A stretch of 57,222 bases of DNA, counting the filler, from Dirinaria sp. TL-2023a (lineage: Eukaryota): the NCBI GenBank assembly GCA_051941275.1. It is 6 parts of 6 records of this genome, joined end to end, with 100 filler letters (N's around TTAATTAATTAA, not from the genome) between each part and the next. Parts side by side here need not be neighbours in the genome. Positions count along the whole stretch, not along the records: positions 9,568 to 19,024 come from JAVEBF010001051.1; positions 19,125 to 28,581 come from JAVEBF010001052.1; positions 28,682 to 38,135 come from JAVEBF010001053.1; 3 more parts are not named here. One strand, given 5' to 3'. Shown here in pieces: positions 17,239 through 31,231 of the stretch. Numbering within the stretch: position 1 is the first letter of the stretch; every line of letters begins with the position of its first letter. A program made the translations under genes and the position numbers. The notes under the pieces were generated by a model. That model worked only from the letters and a program-made list of their open reading frames with translations. It did not search any database and was not told where the DNA came from.

Positions 17239-18677
17239 GGCTCCGCTTCCTCATTAGCCTTGTGTCAGAATGCAACGACTTGACAGCTTGTCCAACTGCC
17301 TGTAATGATTGGGAGGCTTATGGGAATCATCCTTCATTAAGGCACGGTAACGATGGAAAATCTTCTCCAACACCTGCTCCTCTACGCTACATTATAGCAG
17401 GTCAGGAGCATTGCTCGTGTTTCCGCTTCCGCTTCCGTAATACATCCACGAGCAGTGCCATGGGAAAGCAAGAAGGGTTTGCTCTGCGATTCTAGGGACC
17501 TCGGAATGCCGTTGTTTCGGATAGCTAATACCTGCAAGCTCTGGAAGAATACACCTGTACGCCGATCTTCGATACAAGGGGATGCAGAGCCTCGAAGGAA
17601 CCGAGGATGGGATGCGGACTTAGCGCCGGAAGGTAAGCGGCATGACTGACACATCCAACAAACGCAAGTAGATGTACGTAATCCACATGCATGCAGATTA
17701 ATGTACGTACATACAGTACCTTATGGGTGGGGAGTGTAAGACGAGAACTTGGGGGGCAGTGGATATCAGCCAGTCAATCCAAGACAACTCGCGGCGAGAA
17801 CAGATTCCTCTGCGGGCGATTTTGCATCAATATAATAAGGGAGGGTCGGCAATTCTGTCACGCTCCTTCGATCAGGACCAACATTGCGTGCTTTGGGTCC
17901 CCTCTGTCCTGCAGAGTACGAGTACTTTCTGAGCTAAAAATATAGACTTCTTTGCACCGATAGAATAAAGCAGGGAGTAGAAGCAGGCATTATTAATAAA
18001 AATATGGTCGACAATATGCTTTTGTCGTCAACGAATTTGATTGTTTGAATGGAAAGTTGGGAAGGAAGCTGAAGCAGTAGAACGAGAATCAATAACGAAT
18101 GAGGCGGCAGGAGGAGGCGACGGAACAAAGAGGCGTCTTTGGGGCCGAATAAAGGCCGAGGCAAGTCGGAGTGTATGATTGGCCAAGACGAGATTTCCGA
18201 GCCCAGAACTTCGAAGTAAGCGGGGGAGGCACCTGGACACTAGCCGGATTGACCCCTGAAACAGCCTGTGAAAGCCCCTGCCCCTGCTTCTTCCCCCAGG
18301 TACGAGAACCGGTAGCGGTACCGTACAGTACCAGTACATTTGCGGCTTCTACGCGATACCAATAAAGACTCCTTTCATCCCCCCGGCTACTCGACCTCTT
18401 CTCCTCCTTCTCTCACCACCTTCTCTCTCTCTTCACAATCTTCTGTGATCAAGCTGCGCTGCGGGCAAGTCCCTCATTTGTCCACGACACTCATTTTTTT
18501 TGCTGTTCCTAGAGATCAGCTTCCATTCATTTGCAGCTTGGTTTCATTCTCTCCCTTCCACAAGTACTAGCACCGTGCCAGAACACTTCCAGAAAGAACA
18601 TCCTGCGAACAAAATCTGCATCACACCATCTTACCGAACAATCAATCTACCGAACAATCAAACATACATTATTCAAG

Positions 18678-19024
18678 ATGAAGACCTCCAATGTCATCGC
18701 CATCTCCTCCCTCCTGACCCTGGTGTCAGCGACTCCTCTGGCTAAGCGCGTCCTGGTCGTCGAAACCGTAACTGACGAAGTCACCATGACCGTCGACACT
18801 ACCACTACCATTTGGGTTCAACCTGGCAAAGCTACTGCTGCTCCTCAGCAGGCGTATCAGCAGCCTGCACAGCATGGACAGGTCCATCAACACCTCCACC
18901 ACGCCGCCCCTTCTTCGAAAGCCCCGGCCCCTGCTGCCATCTCCCCGGTACCGGCACCTGTTGCGCCGGCGCCTGTTGCTCAAGCGCCGAAGGTAGCACA
19001 GGTCGCCGCCCCATCCTATCAAGC
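18678..19024 (+). CDS. Secreted Pro/Ala-rich protein, N-terminal fragment (resembles Asp f 7/expansin-like cell-wall proteins), truncated by contig end
   Basis: Signal peptide MKTSNVIAISSLLTLVSA, KR site, VETVT..TVDTTTTIWV motif, PA-rich linker; the frame runs into the gap. Confidence 0.55.
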
Positions 19025-19124
19025 NNNNNNNNNNNNNNNNNNNNNNNNNNNNNNNNNNNNNNNNNNNNTTAATTAATTAANNNNNNNNNNNNNNNNNNNN
19101 NNNNNNNNNNNNNNNNNNNNNNNN
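19025..19124. other. Artificial contig linker
   Basis: 44 N + TTAATTAATTAA + 44 N. Confidence 0.98.
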
Positions 19125-19350
19125 GGGGGAGAGAGAGAATTGGAAGATGTTCTTCCTTTCACAAAGAGAAAAAAAAAACAGAAATAAGAGAGAGAAAAGG
19201 GGGGAAGGGGGGTTTTTTTTTTGCAGCAAATGGAACTCATATCAATCCACAACGTCGTAGCGAAAACTGCATTTCCATTGGATCAAAACAACCCGGCAAC
19301 CGCTTCTTATTTATCCAAGATAGAACGTCTAACATCTCCATTTAAATGGT

Positions 19351-22011
19351 TTACTCTCCGGAGGCTTCCTCTGCTGCTACGGCGCTACCACTACCCACGA
19401 CCCTATCCCCCACCATGATAGTTTCTGATCCACCAGCATCCCTTCCCTGCCGCGCCAGCCCACCATGAACCCCGAACCAGACCTTGCCACGGATGCGCCT
19501 CGTCTTCGCGAGCGTCGCGAACGGCTCCTCGTTCTTCTCCGCCGTCGTCTGGTCCACGCAGACCATCTGACATCGGCGGCAGCTGCCTAGCATCTCCAAT
19601 GTCGTCGTCGCTGTGGTGGTGGTGGTGGTGGTGGTTCTTCCCCCATGCGTACCCTGCTGGGGGAAGATATGCATGTATCGCCACGTGTCCTCGACGTACG
19701 GTTGTTGCGGCGCTGCGGCGCTGTCTTGCGCGAGGACGATGTTCGCGCGGAAGACGGAGTGGTGGGCGATTTTTGCGGTGGGGTTCCGTCGGGCGATATC
19801 GGTGTTCAAGGCGTCGAGGCTGGAGCGGGTGATGGTGAGGATAGGGGATTCGTTTGAGAGCAGGATCGGTCTTTCGAGGTTCGAGACCGCAGTAGTAGTA
19901 GTGGTAGGAGTGGGTTGAGCGGGCTTTTCACCACTGGGGAGATGGGATATTTGATGGGGCTGAAGGTGGGCTTTGGAGTGTCTTCCTGAGCCTGAAGATG
20001 GGCTGGGCGGCAAACGGGCTAAGGTACAGGGCGTGCCGAGAATGTTCGTGAAGAAAGATGCAATGTTCTTCGAGGCATAGGTATTCGCGGATATGGAATC
20101 GCCGCAGACCGTTGACAGTGCCGGAGAAGGCCTTCGTTCGTACAAATCCAGAACAGTGGGATCTGCGGACAAAGGGACACTGATCTCGTGAGGAGCCGAG
20201 GCAGGCAAACGACCTTGGTAGCGAACGCGCAAAAGTCCGCGGCTGAAGTCAATGGAGGGTTTGATCAAAGCCATTTCTGGATACCGCTTTTGGCTCAATG
20301 AGTCGCGGGTGCCTTGGTGCACGAGGCACCATTCTCGATCCCAAGCCAAGCCTTCCGGCTTGATGCTCCAAGCGGTGCCTGACGGTATCGACCAACCACC
20401 GCAACTTTTCACAGGATACACGGTCAAAGACTCGACGTAAAAGTCGCTAGGAGCAGGCAATTGACGTGGAATTTCTGATGAGAGGTTCGATTGACGATCG
20501 ACGAAGAACTCTTCGATGAAGCTAAGGAAAAGCTGGATGTCCCGCGCGTTGCTCATAGCGCCTAAGCTGACCCTGATAACTCCTGCCGGTTTTCCGCCCA
20601 TTGTAAAATTGTCGCCGCCGCATCTTTGTCCGGCTGAGAAGTTTCGCATCATTTCCCATGGTGCCAAATCCAGACAGCCCGCTATGCCGCCAGGGTTGCA
20701 AAGACCGCCAGTCCTGAGTTGAATGTTTTGGATGTTCGCAAGCTTCTCGACCTCGGCGTTGCTGATCCACTCACCTTGGCTGTTTCGGAGGTTGAAGGCA
20801 AGTATAGGACCTTGAGTTTCACTCTTGTCATAAGATGCCGACGCGGCCTTGTATATTGTACAAACTTGACGTCCGTTGAAGTGACGGAGCCTGCTTAGCT
20901 TCTTATAGAGCTGTTTCGCGAGGTACGCTGTATGAGACGATACATGTTCCATAGACTTGAACAATCTCGTGTGCACGTTCAAAGCGCTGTCGAGAGCTAT
21001 AATGCTGTGAACAGGTAAAGTACCGTCTTCAAACTGCTCAGCGAGGGTCGTCTGCTTTTTGATGTGCCACTGCTCTTGCAGACAAGCCACCAGCTCTACG
21101 GTGCCCCCACCAAAATATTGTCGGCATTCAAGCACATGGCCTGCTTCTTTGCGTACGATGAGAGCTCCCAAGTCTGGGAAGCCAAAGATCTTGTAGAAGC
21201 TCAAGACCGTGAAGTCAGGAGCTAAAGACGGATTGCTGAGATCAAGCGGAGACGTAGAAACAAGGGCAGCTGCGTCAATGAGCGTGTATAGGCGGCGTTG
21301 CTTTGCAGCGCCTAATGCTCGTACGCGGCTTGGCCAGGATAGAGGCAGCCGTCGGCCATTCATGTTCGATTGGGCAGGATATGCAAAGAGTCTGAGAGAG
21401 TTTTCGGCTCTTCCATCAGGACATCCTTTGCCTGAAAGCCAATTCTCAATCTCTGCGTCTGATTCGAAGCAGTGGTGTCCACTGGAAGACAACTCGCGAG
21501 CACCCACCAGACTTGTATGAGCATCCTTGTGATATCCATACCAAAAGCCGTCCTTGTCCGCCCGAAATGCTTCCGATACCAATTTGATTCCTGCTGTTGC
21601 GTTTGCCACAAAAATAACCTCGTAATCATCCGGGTCCGCTTTGAAGAATTGGAGCACTCTCAGCCGAACGTTTTCAATTCGGCGAGTTGAGGTCTGAGAT
21701 GAGCTGGACGCAGAGTGAGGATTACCCAGCAAATCCGTCATCATGTCTCTGGAAAAACTTTGGACAAGAGATTTTGCATAGGGCGTCGTACCAGCATGGT
21801 CCAGATATGTTGTCCCTACAAACCTTCCTCAGTCAACGGTGATTATGTATGTACAAATTTCCCAACCTTTGAGCATTGGATACTCTTCTTCCCTAATGGT
21901 ATCGATTGCCTTGTCATAGTGCGAGATATCTCGAGCATGTCCGAGCCCTGAGTCGCTCCCATCCAGCATATGGCGCTGCTTCGAAATGGTCATGGTGGCC
22001 ATCGAGGCCAT
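19351..22011 (-). CDS. hxB: Molybdenum cofactor sulfurase (NifS-like PLP domain + MOSC domain), one 5' intron (~21868-21817); exact start codon uncertain
   Basis: IREEEYPMLK/GTTYLDHAGTT, GNPHSAS, DFTVLSFYKIFGFPDLGALIV (PLP Lys), LRTGGLCNPGG; MOSC N-terminal LTVYPVKSCGG..AWDREWCLV and FRANIV..CRRCQMVC. Confidence 0.95.
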
Positions 22012-22869
22012 ATTTGCTTGCTGTATGTCCGAGAGTGTACGAAGGAAAACATCGAGTTGACTTCAAAGATTATAAATTGTAGGGGAATCAATCGGATCCA
22101 TTAGCTGGCAAGGGCCGGTTTGATCAATCGGTGGACGCCGATATCATACTAAAGTACCTTATGTCATGTTTGCGAGAAAGAAGAGAGGGAAAGCTTGGCA
22201 CTTGGCACTTGGCACCGCCGCACTCAGCTAGGACTCCTGTCAGCAAGATGTCTTCACCTTGCGATACCTACCCAGGAGCCCAGGAGCCCAGGTACTAAGG
22301 TACTTTATAATAGTAAACGTGGGTAATCTTTCCTTTACACCTTTTTTTGGATCGAAAGCGTGATAATAATGATCAACACAGTAGATGTTAGCAGTATTTC
22401 TCATGGACTGGAATGGTTTCTCTTGAAACAGATTTTGGCTATGTGCTTGCGCACCATATGCCGCTATATACATTTCGCCGACAAGGCTCTGTTTCCTGCC
22501 CTAACGAGGCCCATTTTTGGGTTGGGCTCATACGTGGTCGTCAAAACATCATGCCACAGTCACCGCTATGAGGGAGAGTCTCGACCTCCGGTGCTCTTTC
22601 CCAAACTCCTGTCTAATATGCCTTGGCCCTGCAATTCATAGCAGAGGCGTCCATGCTCCTCCAGAATAAACGAAATGGGTATAGAATTCGAATGTGTCAA
22701 AGATTCCAACGCCGAAGACTTGCTGGCCGCTGACTGTCAACCATATGCGCCATGCTGTTGTCCCGACTAAAGCAGAGCCCCGCTATGCACGAAGAAGCAG
22801 ACCAGGACGCGCAAATTATTATGGGAAATATGACCCTCGCTAATGCGATCAATCGTCAAGATCAATCGA

Positions 22870-24929
22870 TTATATTAGCAAGAAGTCCCAGCCCTTTTGC
22901 TGCATCACGTCCCGCCAGTGGACGCTCTGCCTCTCTCGTACTTGTTGCTCCCCGTCAGCTTGGCGCCAGACTTCTCGAAGTAGGCGCACCATCCTCCCGA
23001 AACTGCCAAATGCTGCGTGCTCGCCAAGGCTTGCGATCCGATCTGCAAAGACTTGGCGGAACAAGGAACCGGGAATGCTCTGAGATCCTGCGATGAGCAG
23101 TGGCCAAACGATTGAGCGATCGAAGCCATCTGGGCCACCGGGGATATATTCTAATGCATGAGCAAGACGCTCAACGAGGCCGACCATAGAAGGGTCCCGC
23201 CTTGAAGCACCCGGCACTAAGCTGCAAAGAAAGATCCGAGCCGCGATGCGAAACATGGCGGTCATGTTCCTTGAGAGCTGCTTTGGCCGAATGGCACCAG
23301 TGGAAGAGAATGCGTAGTCCAGTGTCCCAGGTGGAGGCTCTGTAAAATCCAAATGCTCACCCAAGGTTTTGATGTGGTGACACAATTGCATGTCATCAAT
23401 GCCGCCTCCAGACTTCAGAGCGTCCAAGCATGCAATTTCTGATATCAGATACATCATGCGGTCCTCGCAACCCATAAGCTCACATAAGCCCGAATGCGAA
23501 CCACTGTCGTTCTTCTCCCGGTAGGTGTCGGCGAACTTTGGGGCGCGCCCAAGCATTGTCGCTCCCAGTATATCGATCCAAGACGCGAGAGTCATGTTGA
23601 ACGGCGGATGCATCCTCTCGTTATTGACATGTATCATGGCGTGAGGTAGGTCAAGCTTCCTTACCAGACTTCCACCAGCTTCGAAATGCTGATGCCAAGG
23701 AATGTCCGGTAAAGAGTCATCCGGGCCGCCAACGGAACACTGGAAGAATATCATGCCCAAAGTCGCCTCCAGGATTTGCGCGTGCTCGGTATCTCGATTT
23801 AAAGCTGCGCACAACTCCGATATCGTCGCGTATCGGTGTCGCATGATGTCGCTGTCAATTTGTTCGCCAGATATGCTTTGCGTTGATTTTAGGTGGATAG
23901 CGGCAATGCTGAGACAACAATGCAGATAGCACTTGTTCGACTCCAACGCAGGAAGAATGACATCCGACCTTGCCGATCCACGTTGGTTGACCTCAAGAAC
24001 TGGAAAAATGAGTCGCAAGACATTGTCAACAAAATGATCCAGCAACGGGCGATCGCATTCATCGACCTGGACAACGGTTTGCTGAGATTCCTGTGGCCCT
24101 CCATGCGAGAAATCAAAAAAGTCAAAATCCAGCGCTTCCTCGCCACTGAACATGCCTCCTGCAGGCTCATAAATACCCTCGTGCAACCATTCTTCTTCAG
24201 GATAGGACATTAGAGGAGGGTTTGATTGTGGAGGTTGGTAAGTGCTAAATGTTGATATGGTCGAATCCCTTCGGGTTGGCACGTCGTTGACATACATCTG
24301 TCGCTCCGTCTTAATGTCCACTTCGTAGGGCGCGGCTGCGTAAGGGTTGTAGTGCGCGTCCACTGGATCGTATGAAGGAGACAGCACGTGAGGTTGGTAG
24401 ATCTCATAGTGTGAGGCTGGTGGTTGGTTGAAGTCGCATCCTACGGAGCACTGCGAATCCTCCGATGGTGCGCGCGTGCGGACGGTAGCGTCTGAATAGG
24501 TCGCTGATGTTGGTAACGAATGCGATAGTCCTGGGGGAGAGCCCGCACCAATCGACGCCATCTGCGCCGTCTTCTCCGACAGCTTCGTCCGTTTTATACT
24601 GTTTTTGATGAGCTCTTTCTGTTCTTTCCTTTGCTCATTGTTGCTCCACCACATTGGCCGCTTATAGTCGCACTTCAGGCCCAAATGCTTGCACGCTTTG
24701 CACTGGCCTTTGCCCTCGTCGCACTTCTTCCTTCGAAGTCGGCATGTGAAGCAGCCTGCGAACGTCTGTCAGTCAATGCGACTCTTCCACCCGATTGTTT
24801 TGTTGGCGAACCTGAGCGCGATCTCCGATGCATCTTTGTTCCACCGGTCTTATTGTGCTCGGTTGATTTTGGTGCAGCCATCGCTGTGACTTTGCTACTC
24901 TGTCCACTTTTACTTGTTGCGTTTGGCAT
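22870..24929 (-). CDS. pro1: Zn(II)2Cys6 developmental transcription factor, PRO1/NosA/RosA family; one intron just before the zinc cluster
   Basis: MHRRSRSG / CFTCRLRRKKCDEGKGQCKACKHLGLKCDYKRPMWW, APYEVDIKTERQMYVNDVPTRRDS, GFDRSIVWPLLIAG, VHWRDVMQQKGWDFLLI*. Confidence 0.92.
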
Positions 24930-25645
24930 CCCGTCGCAATTTCTGAAATGCAATGGCAGATCTGATCGTTTGGAGGAGGGAATATCGTAGGGCGAGATCT
25001 CGACGTCGTTCCGAGACAGGTGGTAGGACGGGACTGGTAGTATGAGGAGAGGAAAGGAAGACAAAGCCCGACCAGCTGGCTTTGATGTGAGAAGAGGAGG
25101 GAGGAGGGTATGAGAGTTAGTATAGCGGCGATCTATGGCAGCAAGCCTTGAAGAGAGACAAGAATGGGCATTGTGGGATATATGTAAACATATTTAGACC
25201 ACTTTCGCTTCCATGTCCTGGACAGCAAGCCACCAGTTCTAAATTTGAACCTGGGTGCTATGTGGGGTGTTACTACGGTTTTCCCACGAGACCAAGAAGC
25301 AAAGTAACCACTAACCACTAAGCCGGAGCCAATGCTACAGGCAAGACTAAGCTGATGCAGGAGAGACAGCGGTGATTGGTGATTGGCTGCAAGGCGGAAA
25401 TTGATAGTGCGGCCGTTCAACGTTCATAGCGAAAAGGGCAGATGAGGGGTAAATTGGTAACATTAACCACTGTGTGGGAGCACAAGGGAAGGAGCCTCGT
25501 TCACGCATCCACCAAGTACGGTAGTCAAGCACCAAGCGAATCACGTCCTATTTTTGCCCGGGTACGCGCCCGACCCCTGCTTGCTTCATCAATCTTACCA
25601 AATAAAGCTTATTTCGGGCAGGATCTGCCGTGCAACTAAAGGCAA

Positions 25646-25776
25646 AGCAGGAAGCAGAGGAAGCAGGAAGCAGAGGAAGCAGGAAGCACTAGGTACCGAC
25701 TCTATCGTACTCTACTTACCTTAACCACTCTACCTTACCTTACCAGTACCTTACCTTCCCTACCTTACACCTTACC
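25646..25776. repeat. Low-complexity tandem tracts upstream of pro1: GGAAGCA(GA) repeats followed by a degenerate (TACCT)n tract
   Basis: gcaggaagcagaggaagcaggaagcagaggaagcaggaagca, then taccttaacc..taccttaccttacc..taccttacaccttacc. Confidence 0.8.
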
Positions 25777-28581
25777 GTCCCCTTCCAGAGCTACCCCTGT
25801 TCGGTCGTGCAGCGGGCAAACGTTCCAACCGTTCAAAGATGCGATAACCTCATGCAATGCCAGACGCTTCAATGTACGAATCCTTTCCTAGCCTCTTAGT
25901 CTCCGCCCACATCTTCGCTCTTTGCCGTCAAAGCTCTGCAATTCTCGGTACTCCCCCATACCTGATAGCTGCACAGCGACCTTGAGCACAGATTTGGCCG
26001 TCATTCATTCGCTCGCTTCCACAGCTTCAATGGGCAGCTCCCCCCAAGGTCCAGCTCCACTGTGCATGAAGCTAGCCTCGAGCTTGGGAGACGAACAGGT
26101 CATCGAATTGAACAACAGATTTGCTCAACTCGCCTGGGTCGTGGGGGCCGGAAGAAAGTCCCAGAAGAGACCCCTTGTTCTATTGTACTGTACCTCCTTC
26201 CCACCGTGACTCGCCCGGGCCTCTCGTCATTTTTATTATCATGATCCCATCTTGCTGCTAAAGGTCCAAGCCAACGCTACTCCGTAGTCCGTACCGTCCT
26301 CCCGCCGATGAGATATATTTGAGGTAAATGCACCATTTTGGGCGCGGTGGTTAGCAGAGGTGACGAGAGAGCAATGACTGGGTGTCAGCGATCGCTTTGG
26401 GCGAAACTAAAGCTTGGCGCTGTAGTGTGATACTCAGGGCGCTTTCTCTGGTTCGTCCCGCTCCACCACGCTAAACATCCTTCTATGCCGGTCGGACGCA
26501 TTAAGCTGACAAGGATTCCTTCAAGGCGACCGTGACACGAACGGCACGCTGCAGCATGCGTCATGCAGGACAGAGCACAGTGCGGCAAGCAATCCCTGGG
26601 TGATGAAATTAGTGCACTTTTCTTACCTTCTTCGCCCGATGAAGCAAATTAGCTGCATTTCGAGGCAGGCTGTTGCGGAGACAGATCTAAGAATAAACAT
26701 GGCTAATTAATGCGCAAAAGCATCCAGAAGTCGACCAAAATACCCCGTTACAGACAAGCGACGGTAATAACCGGATATAGGTACTTTAGGCTTCAAAGGT
26801 GGAGACAGCTCCTGGTGCACCTGACCTACATGTGATCTCGGACCAGGTGACCTCGCTAGATGGTCGCGAAACTTGCCCCTCGCAAAGTTAACCCTCTTTT
26901 CTTTTCAATAATGGCCATCAAGTCCCGTTTCTAGCCGCAAGCTCTTCATCACGAGAGCCAACAGACCAGCTCCGATTCTAGTCGCAAGTTCATTCATCAC
27001 GAGAGCCAACAAACAGGACTCGACCAGACCAGCCGTGTTCATGTCGTTCAATGGCTGGCGTAAGGAATGGAAATGGTCCAATCCGCGCTTTCACGTGGTG
27101 CAGAGAGCTTACAAAGCATAGCGACAGTGACTGAATACTGGTTGGGAGGTCGTCTACATGTAATGAGGGAGCAAAGCTACCGCAATTGACCTTCCTGAAA
27201 ATGCGTAGCGATCTACATTCGGCCAACGATCTCTGGGTAGCGGGAAATGTGCGCTCTTGCTATCGATCGTGTATGGTGCTCGCACCACCTCGAAGGATAT
27301 CTGGATCATTCGAGGGAACATGATTAATGTTTCATACCTAGGCATGTTGTATTCAGATTTGCTCGGGAACATTTACAGCTTGCCTTTTGGGTAACTGCAC
27401 ATGGATACAGACATCCTACGATCTTCTACTTGGCCATATTCATGGATTGCCAGAGAAAAAAAGGATACTTTTGATTCTCATTGTTTTCGTGTTGGGAGCA
27501 AACTAAGACCATCAATCGCATTGTCCCTCTCAATCCCGAGATTTGCCTCTGCAGCACGTATCTGTGGAAAGCACGTAGCGCAGTGCTTCGTTGCATCTGG
27601 CATTGATCTGATCTGTCTGGCCCAGGGCGACGGAAAAAGATCTTTGAAGGACCTGGAGCAGAGTACTGTATGTAGAGTGTAGACCTCCAATGAGAGCCCT
27701 AGTTGCATGTGACTCCAATGCGCATTCTCCACTTGAGTGCTTTGTAGACGCACTCGTACAGCACACGAGCATCCCAGGTCACTAAAAGGGAAGACTCGAG
27801 GTGAGGTGCAGGATTGGCGACATAATCTTCTGCCAGGAATAAGCTGTCTGGGTCCTTGGGTGGATCTCCGTACCGTTCCGAAAGCCTGCTGATCCACGGT
27901 CCGCACCAAAGCATCTCCACCTGTCAAAACCCAAATGTGCAGTCTTGCAAGTATAATTCGCACACTCTGACCCGTGAGATTAATTGTGCGATCCTCGTCA
28001 GCCCGCATGAGATTCCGGTCATGTGAGTTCAGCAATGGGACGAGGAGGAGTACCTATTGGACACCACCGAGAGGCAGTCACAGCCCATCAGAGAGTAGAG
28101 AAGCATTCGCTTCCCGATGGACTTGGGAACCCCGCGCCGGCGAGAGATTAACGGTGTGTGATAGCAGCCGTAGAGGCATACGAGTGTTCCACAAAACAAC
28201 GGAGGGGAAGGTAAGCCGATGCAGCGATTGACCTATATCGGACGATACTTTTTCGAATCCTGCCGCATTTATTTATTGCGTGCAGCAGGTGGAGCAATGT
28301 TTCCCCGTTCTGTCCCGCGGCGGCGCCGAGACTCGAGAGGAGACAAGGACATCCTTCATTCTTAGAACTACCTTAGATTTCGTACCAGACGGGCTCCTAT
28401 GATCTGCATCCTCGATTACCGAGAATACTTCCAGGGCTGAGTGAGATGAAACTAAGCATCATTGTGGCATCAGTGGCACAGAAGGTAATCTTACATAGCA
28501 AGGCGACCATGGCTTGGAGGAAGGAGGTTCGCGGTTCGCATTAAGGTATTATTATTATTCACATCATTCACATCATTCGCA

Positions 28582-28681
28582 NNNNNNNNNNNNNNNNNNN
28601 NNNNNNNNNNNNNNNNNNNNNNNNNTTAATTAATTAANNNNNNNNNNNNNNNNNNNNNNNNNNNNNNNNNNNNNNNNNNNN
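28582..28681. other. Artificial contig linker
   Basis: 44 N + TTAATTAATTAA + 44 N. Confidence 0.98.
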
Positions 28682-29115
28682 ACTACCCACCTAACTACCC
28701 ACCTAATTACCTACCGAACTGCCTACCTAACTACCTACCTAACTGCCTATCATAGGAAAAAGCATGGGAAAAAAGCATGCGAAACACCTTATTACTCACC
28801 TTACTGCCTGTCATAGTGACTGTCATAGTGACTGTCATACTGTGTTGATTTTCATTTCTTATCTTAACTTGAGATAAAAGATTATGTCAGGGTTGTACGA
28901 TTTTTGTGATCTAACCCTAATTTTTTCACCTTGAGAAATGAGATAAATAGATGAAAACGAGTATCGCAGACAGTATAGCAGACAGTATTACAAGCATTAT
29001 GACAAGTATTATGACAGATGATGTTGTGGCTGTGCGAAACAAAAGATGTAAAAGTGAAGTGAGATTTTCAATTTTGGATTTCGGATTTTGAATTTTGAGT
29101 TTTGATTTTTTGCCG
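28682..29115. repeat. AT-rich contig-end region with short tandem repeats: (ACTACCCACCTA)-like, (CTGTCATAGTGA)x~3, (GACAGTAT)-like, (ATTTTGR)n
   Basis: Tandem units visible at 28682-28750, 28808-28839, ~28960-29015 and ~29064-29110. Confidence 0.7.
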
Positions 29116-29894
29116 CAAAATAGGTTTGGTCGACCGTACACCATTATTGAACTTTTTCTATTCCTTCTTGTTTTACTCACAGAATGTATGCAGCCTATAG
29201 CCATGACAATATAGCTGCGTTATCTGCGAACAGGGTCCTCATTTACCTAAGGTATACTTGATCATTTTCACCTGTTTTTCATCCCATCTCGGTGCTGGTG
29301 TCATCGGAAATGCTTCTTCATTGCGCATTATTTGTAAAATTGCCAACGCGTTCTCGAAATTCGAGAATATCATGAGGCTTTTAAAATAATCGACTCTCTA
29401 ATATAAGATTTGGAGCTTCCATCGGCTTGACCGCTTCGAATTCGATGGCATTGGGTATGCCACTCCTTGCACCGAATATGTCGGTAAGCTGAATTGTGCC
29501 GCTCCTGCTCCACCCCTCGGGACGAAGTATGCAGATCTTGTGGATCTAATCCTATCCGGGACCCTCCATCCTCCGTACATGCAATGAGGTCAGGTCATTG
29601 TTGAGATACCTTGTCATGGGCTGCGGTGGTACGCTGCAATGTGACTCTGCATTGTGATGCAGCGAACTTGACGCCTTAAATGCCTTGTACCTGACAGCAA
29701 AATGGATATCTTTTAGCCGTGCTCAGCTGAGGGTGCTATACGAGAAGGCTAGACCGCCGAGACCGCGTCATGGGACGAGAGGATTCAATTTAGCTGACAT
29801 AGTCTCCTTTCGAATTTCTCCCTCGAACACTCTCTTCTGTTAAAGAGATTAGTCCGAGTGATGTGTGGATGAAGGTCTCGTGATCTACCTCCAC

Positions 29895-31231
29895 ATGGAC
29901 TCGAAGGATGCTCCGCGTCATGGCAATCAAGACCGGGGTCCGACTTTGGATGCTTTGTCATGGAGCCTAGCAGTGGTCTCGCTGATTTCCTGTACTGCTA
30001 GGATATATGGCCGAGTCAAGTTGACACGGAACATGTGGTGGGATGACTGGTTTATCCTTCTCACCATGGTACGTGAGGAAACAACCAAAGGGATCCGGAA
30101 AGCCTAATATGGGCACAGGCTATGGCCTTCGCCTTCACCATAATTGGCACGGTCTACGCCCACGCTGGTGGGGGCCGTCACGCCTTCTACTTGTCTCAGG
30201 CTACTCGAGAGTTTGCCCTCAAACTGAACTGGATCTCCCAGTCTCCCGGTATTCTAGCCATAGCGATGGGCAAAATCTCCGTGGCTTTCCTGATATTAAG
30301 AATTGTACCTCAAGACAGACTGCGCCGATGGCTGCTCTGTATTGGCGCTGGAACCATTGCCATATTGCTTAGCTGCCAATGCATCATGATATACGCGCAG
30401 TGTCGACCGCCGCGGGCTCTTTGGATGTTCAATGTCGATGGAAAATGCTGGCCGCCAGAAGTCATAGCTGATATTGGCATGGTTCTCGCCGGTTGGCTCG
30501 GGGCCCATTCCTTACGAAAGTAGCTGCTAAGCCTGAGCTAGGGTATAGCGCTGTACTAGATATTGCTTTCCCTGCCATTGCGATATCCATGTTCTGGAGC
30601 TCAACACTGCCTACGCAAAAGAAGATCAGCTTGACTCTAATAATGAGCGCTGGAGTATTGTACGAGACTTTCGCCGCATTTATGTGGGAAAATCAATCAG
30701 TTAATCCTTATAGAGCATGTGTAGCCGCGATCATCAAAATAACGAAATTACCAGACCTCAACGCAAGAAGTGATTTTACATGGAACACCGTGGACTTGTT
30801 TGTCTGGAATACGTACGTTCTATGGTGTTCTGTAACCCACCATGAAGCTTTATTGCTTGACCACAGTATGCTGACAGAAAATGAATGATAGCGTTGAGGT
30901 TAACACCACCATCATCGCAGCCTGCATTCCCACGCTGAAACCAGTCTACCGCGTGATGACGGGAAAGCCCGGTGCTGAGGTCTACACACGAAGATACAAG
31001 GAGTCTCGTCGCACTCCCTCATCTCGGCGCGAACGTTTCACAGAGCTCAGAGACATGGAATACGTTGCATCACAAGGGCTCGCACATGACGGTACAGAGC
31101 TTTCGTGCGACCATATCGTTTGCCGGCCCGAAAGCATTCGGCATACATTTGATGTTGAAGTCGTAACTAACGATAGCAAGTATCCTAGCCAGAACGAAAG
31201 CACTGCAATTGAAATGAGCAGCATCGTATGA
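29895..31231 (+). CDS. PTH11-like / fungal rhodopsin-domain 7-TM integral membrane protein (no CFEM domain), multi-exon
   Basis: DRGPTL..RIYGRVKLTRNMWWDDW, G-G-GRH, KISVAFLILRI, QCRPPRALW..GKCW, KKISLTLIMSAG, ARSDFTW, VEVNTTIIAACIPTLKP; canonical introns between the ORF pieces. Confidence 0.88.

Noticed and set aside
28911..28920. CTAACCCTAA as a telomerase RNA template or telomere
   Set aside because: Single 10-mer in AT-rich repeat DNA with no array or supporting structure.
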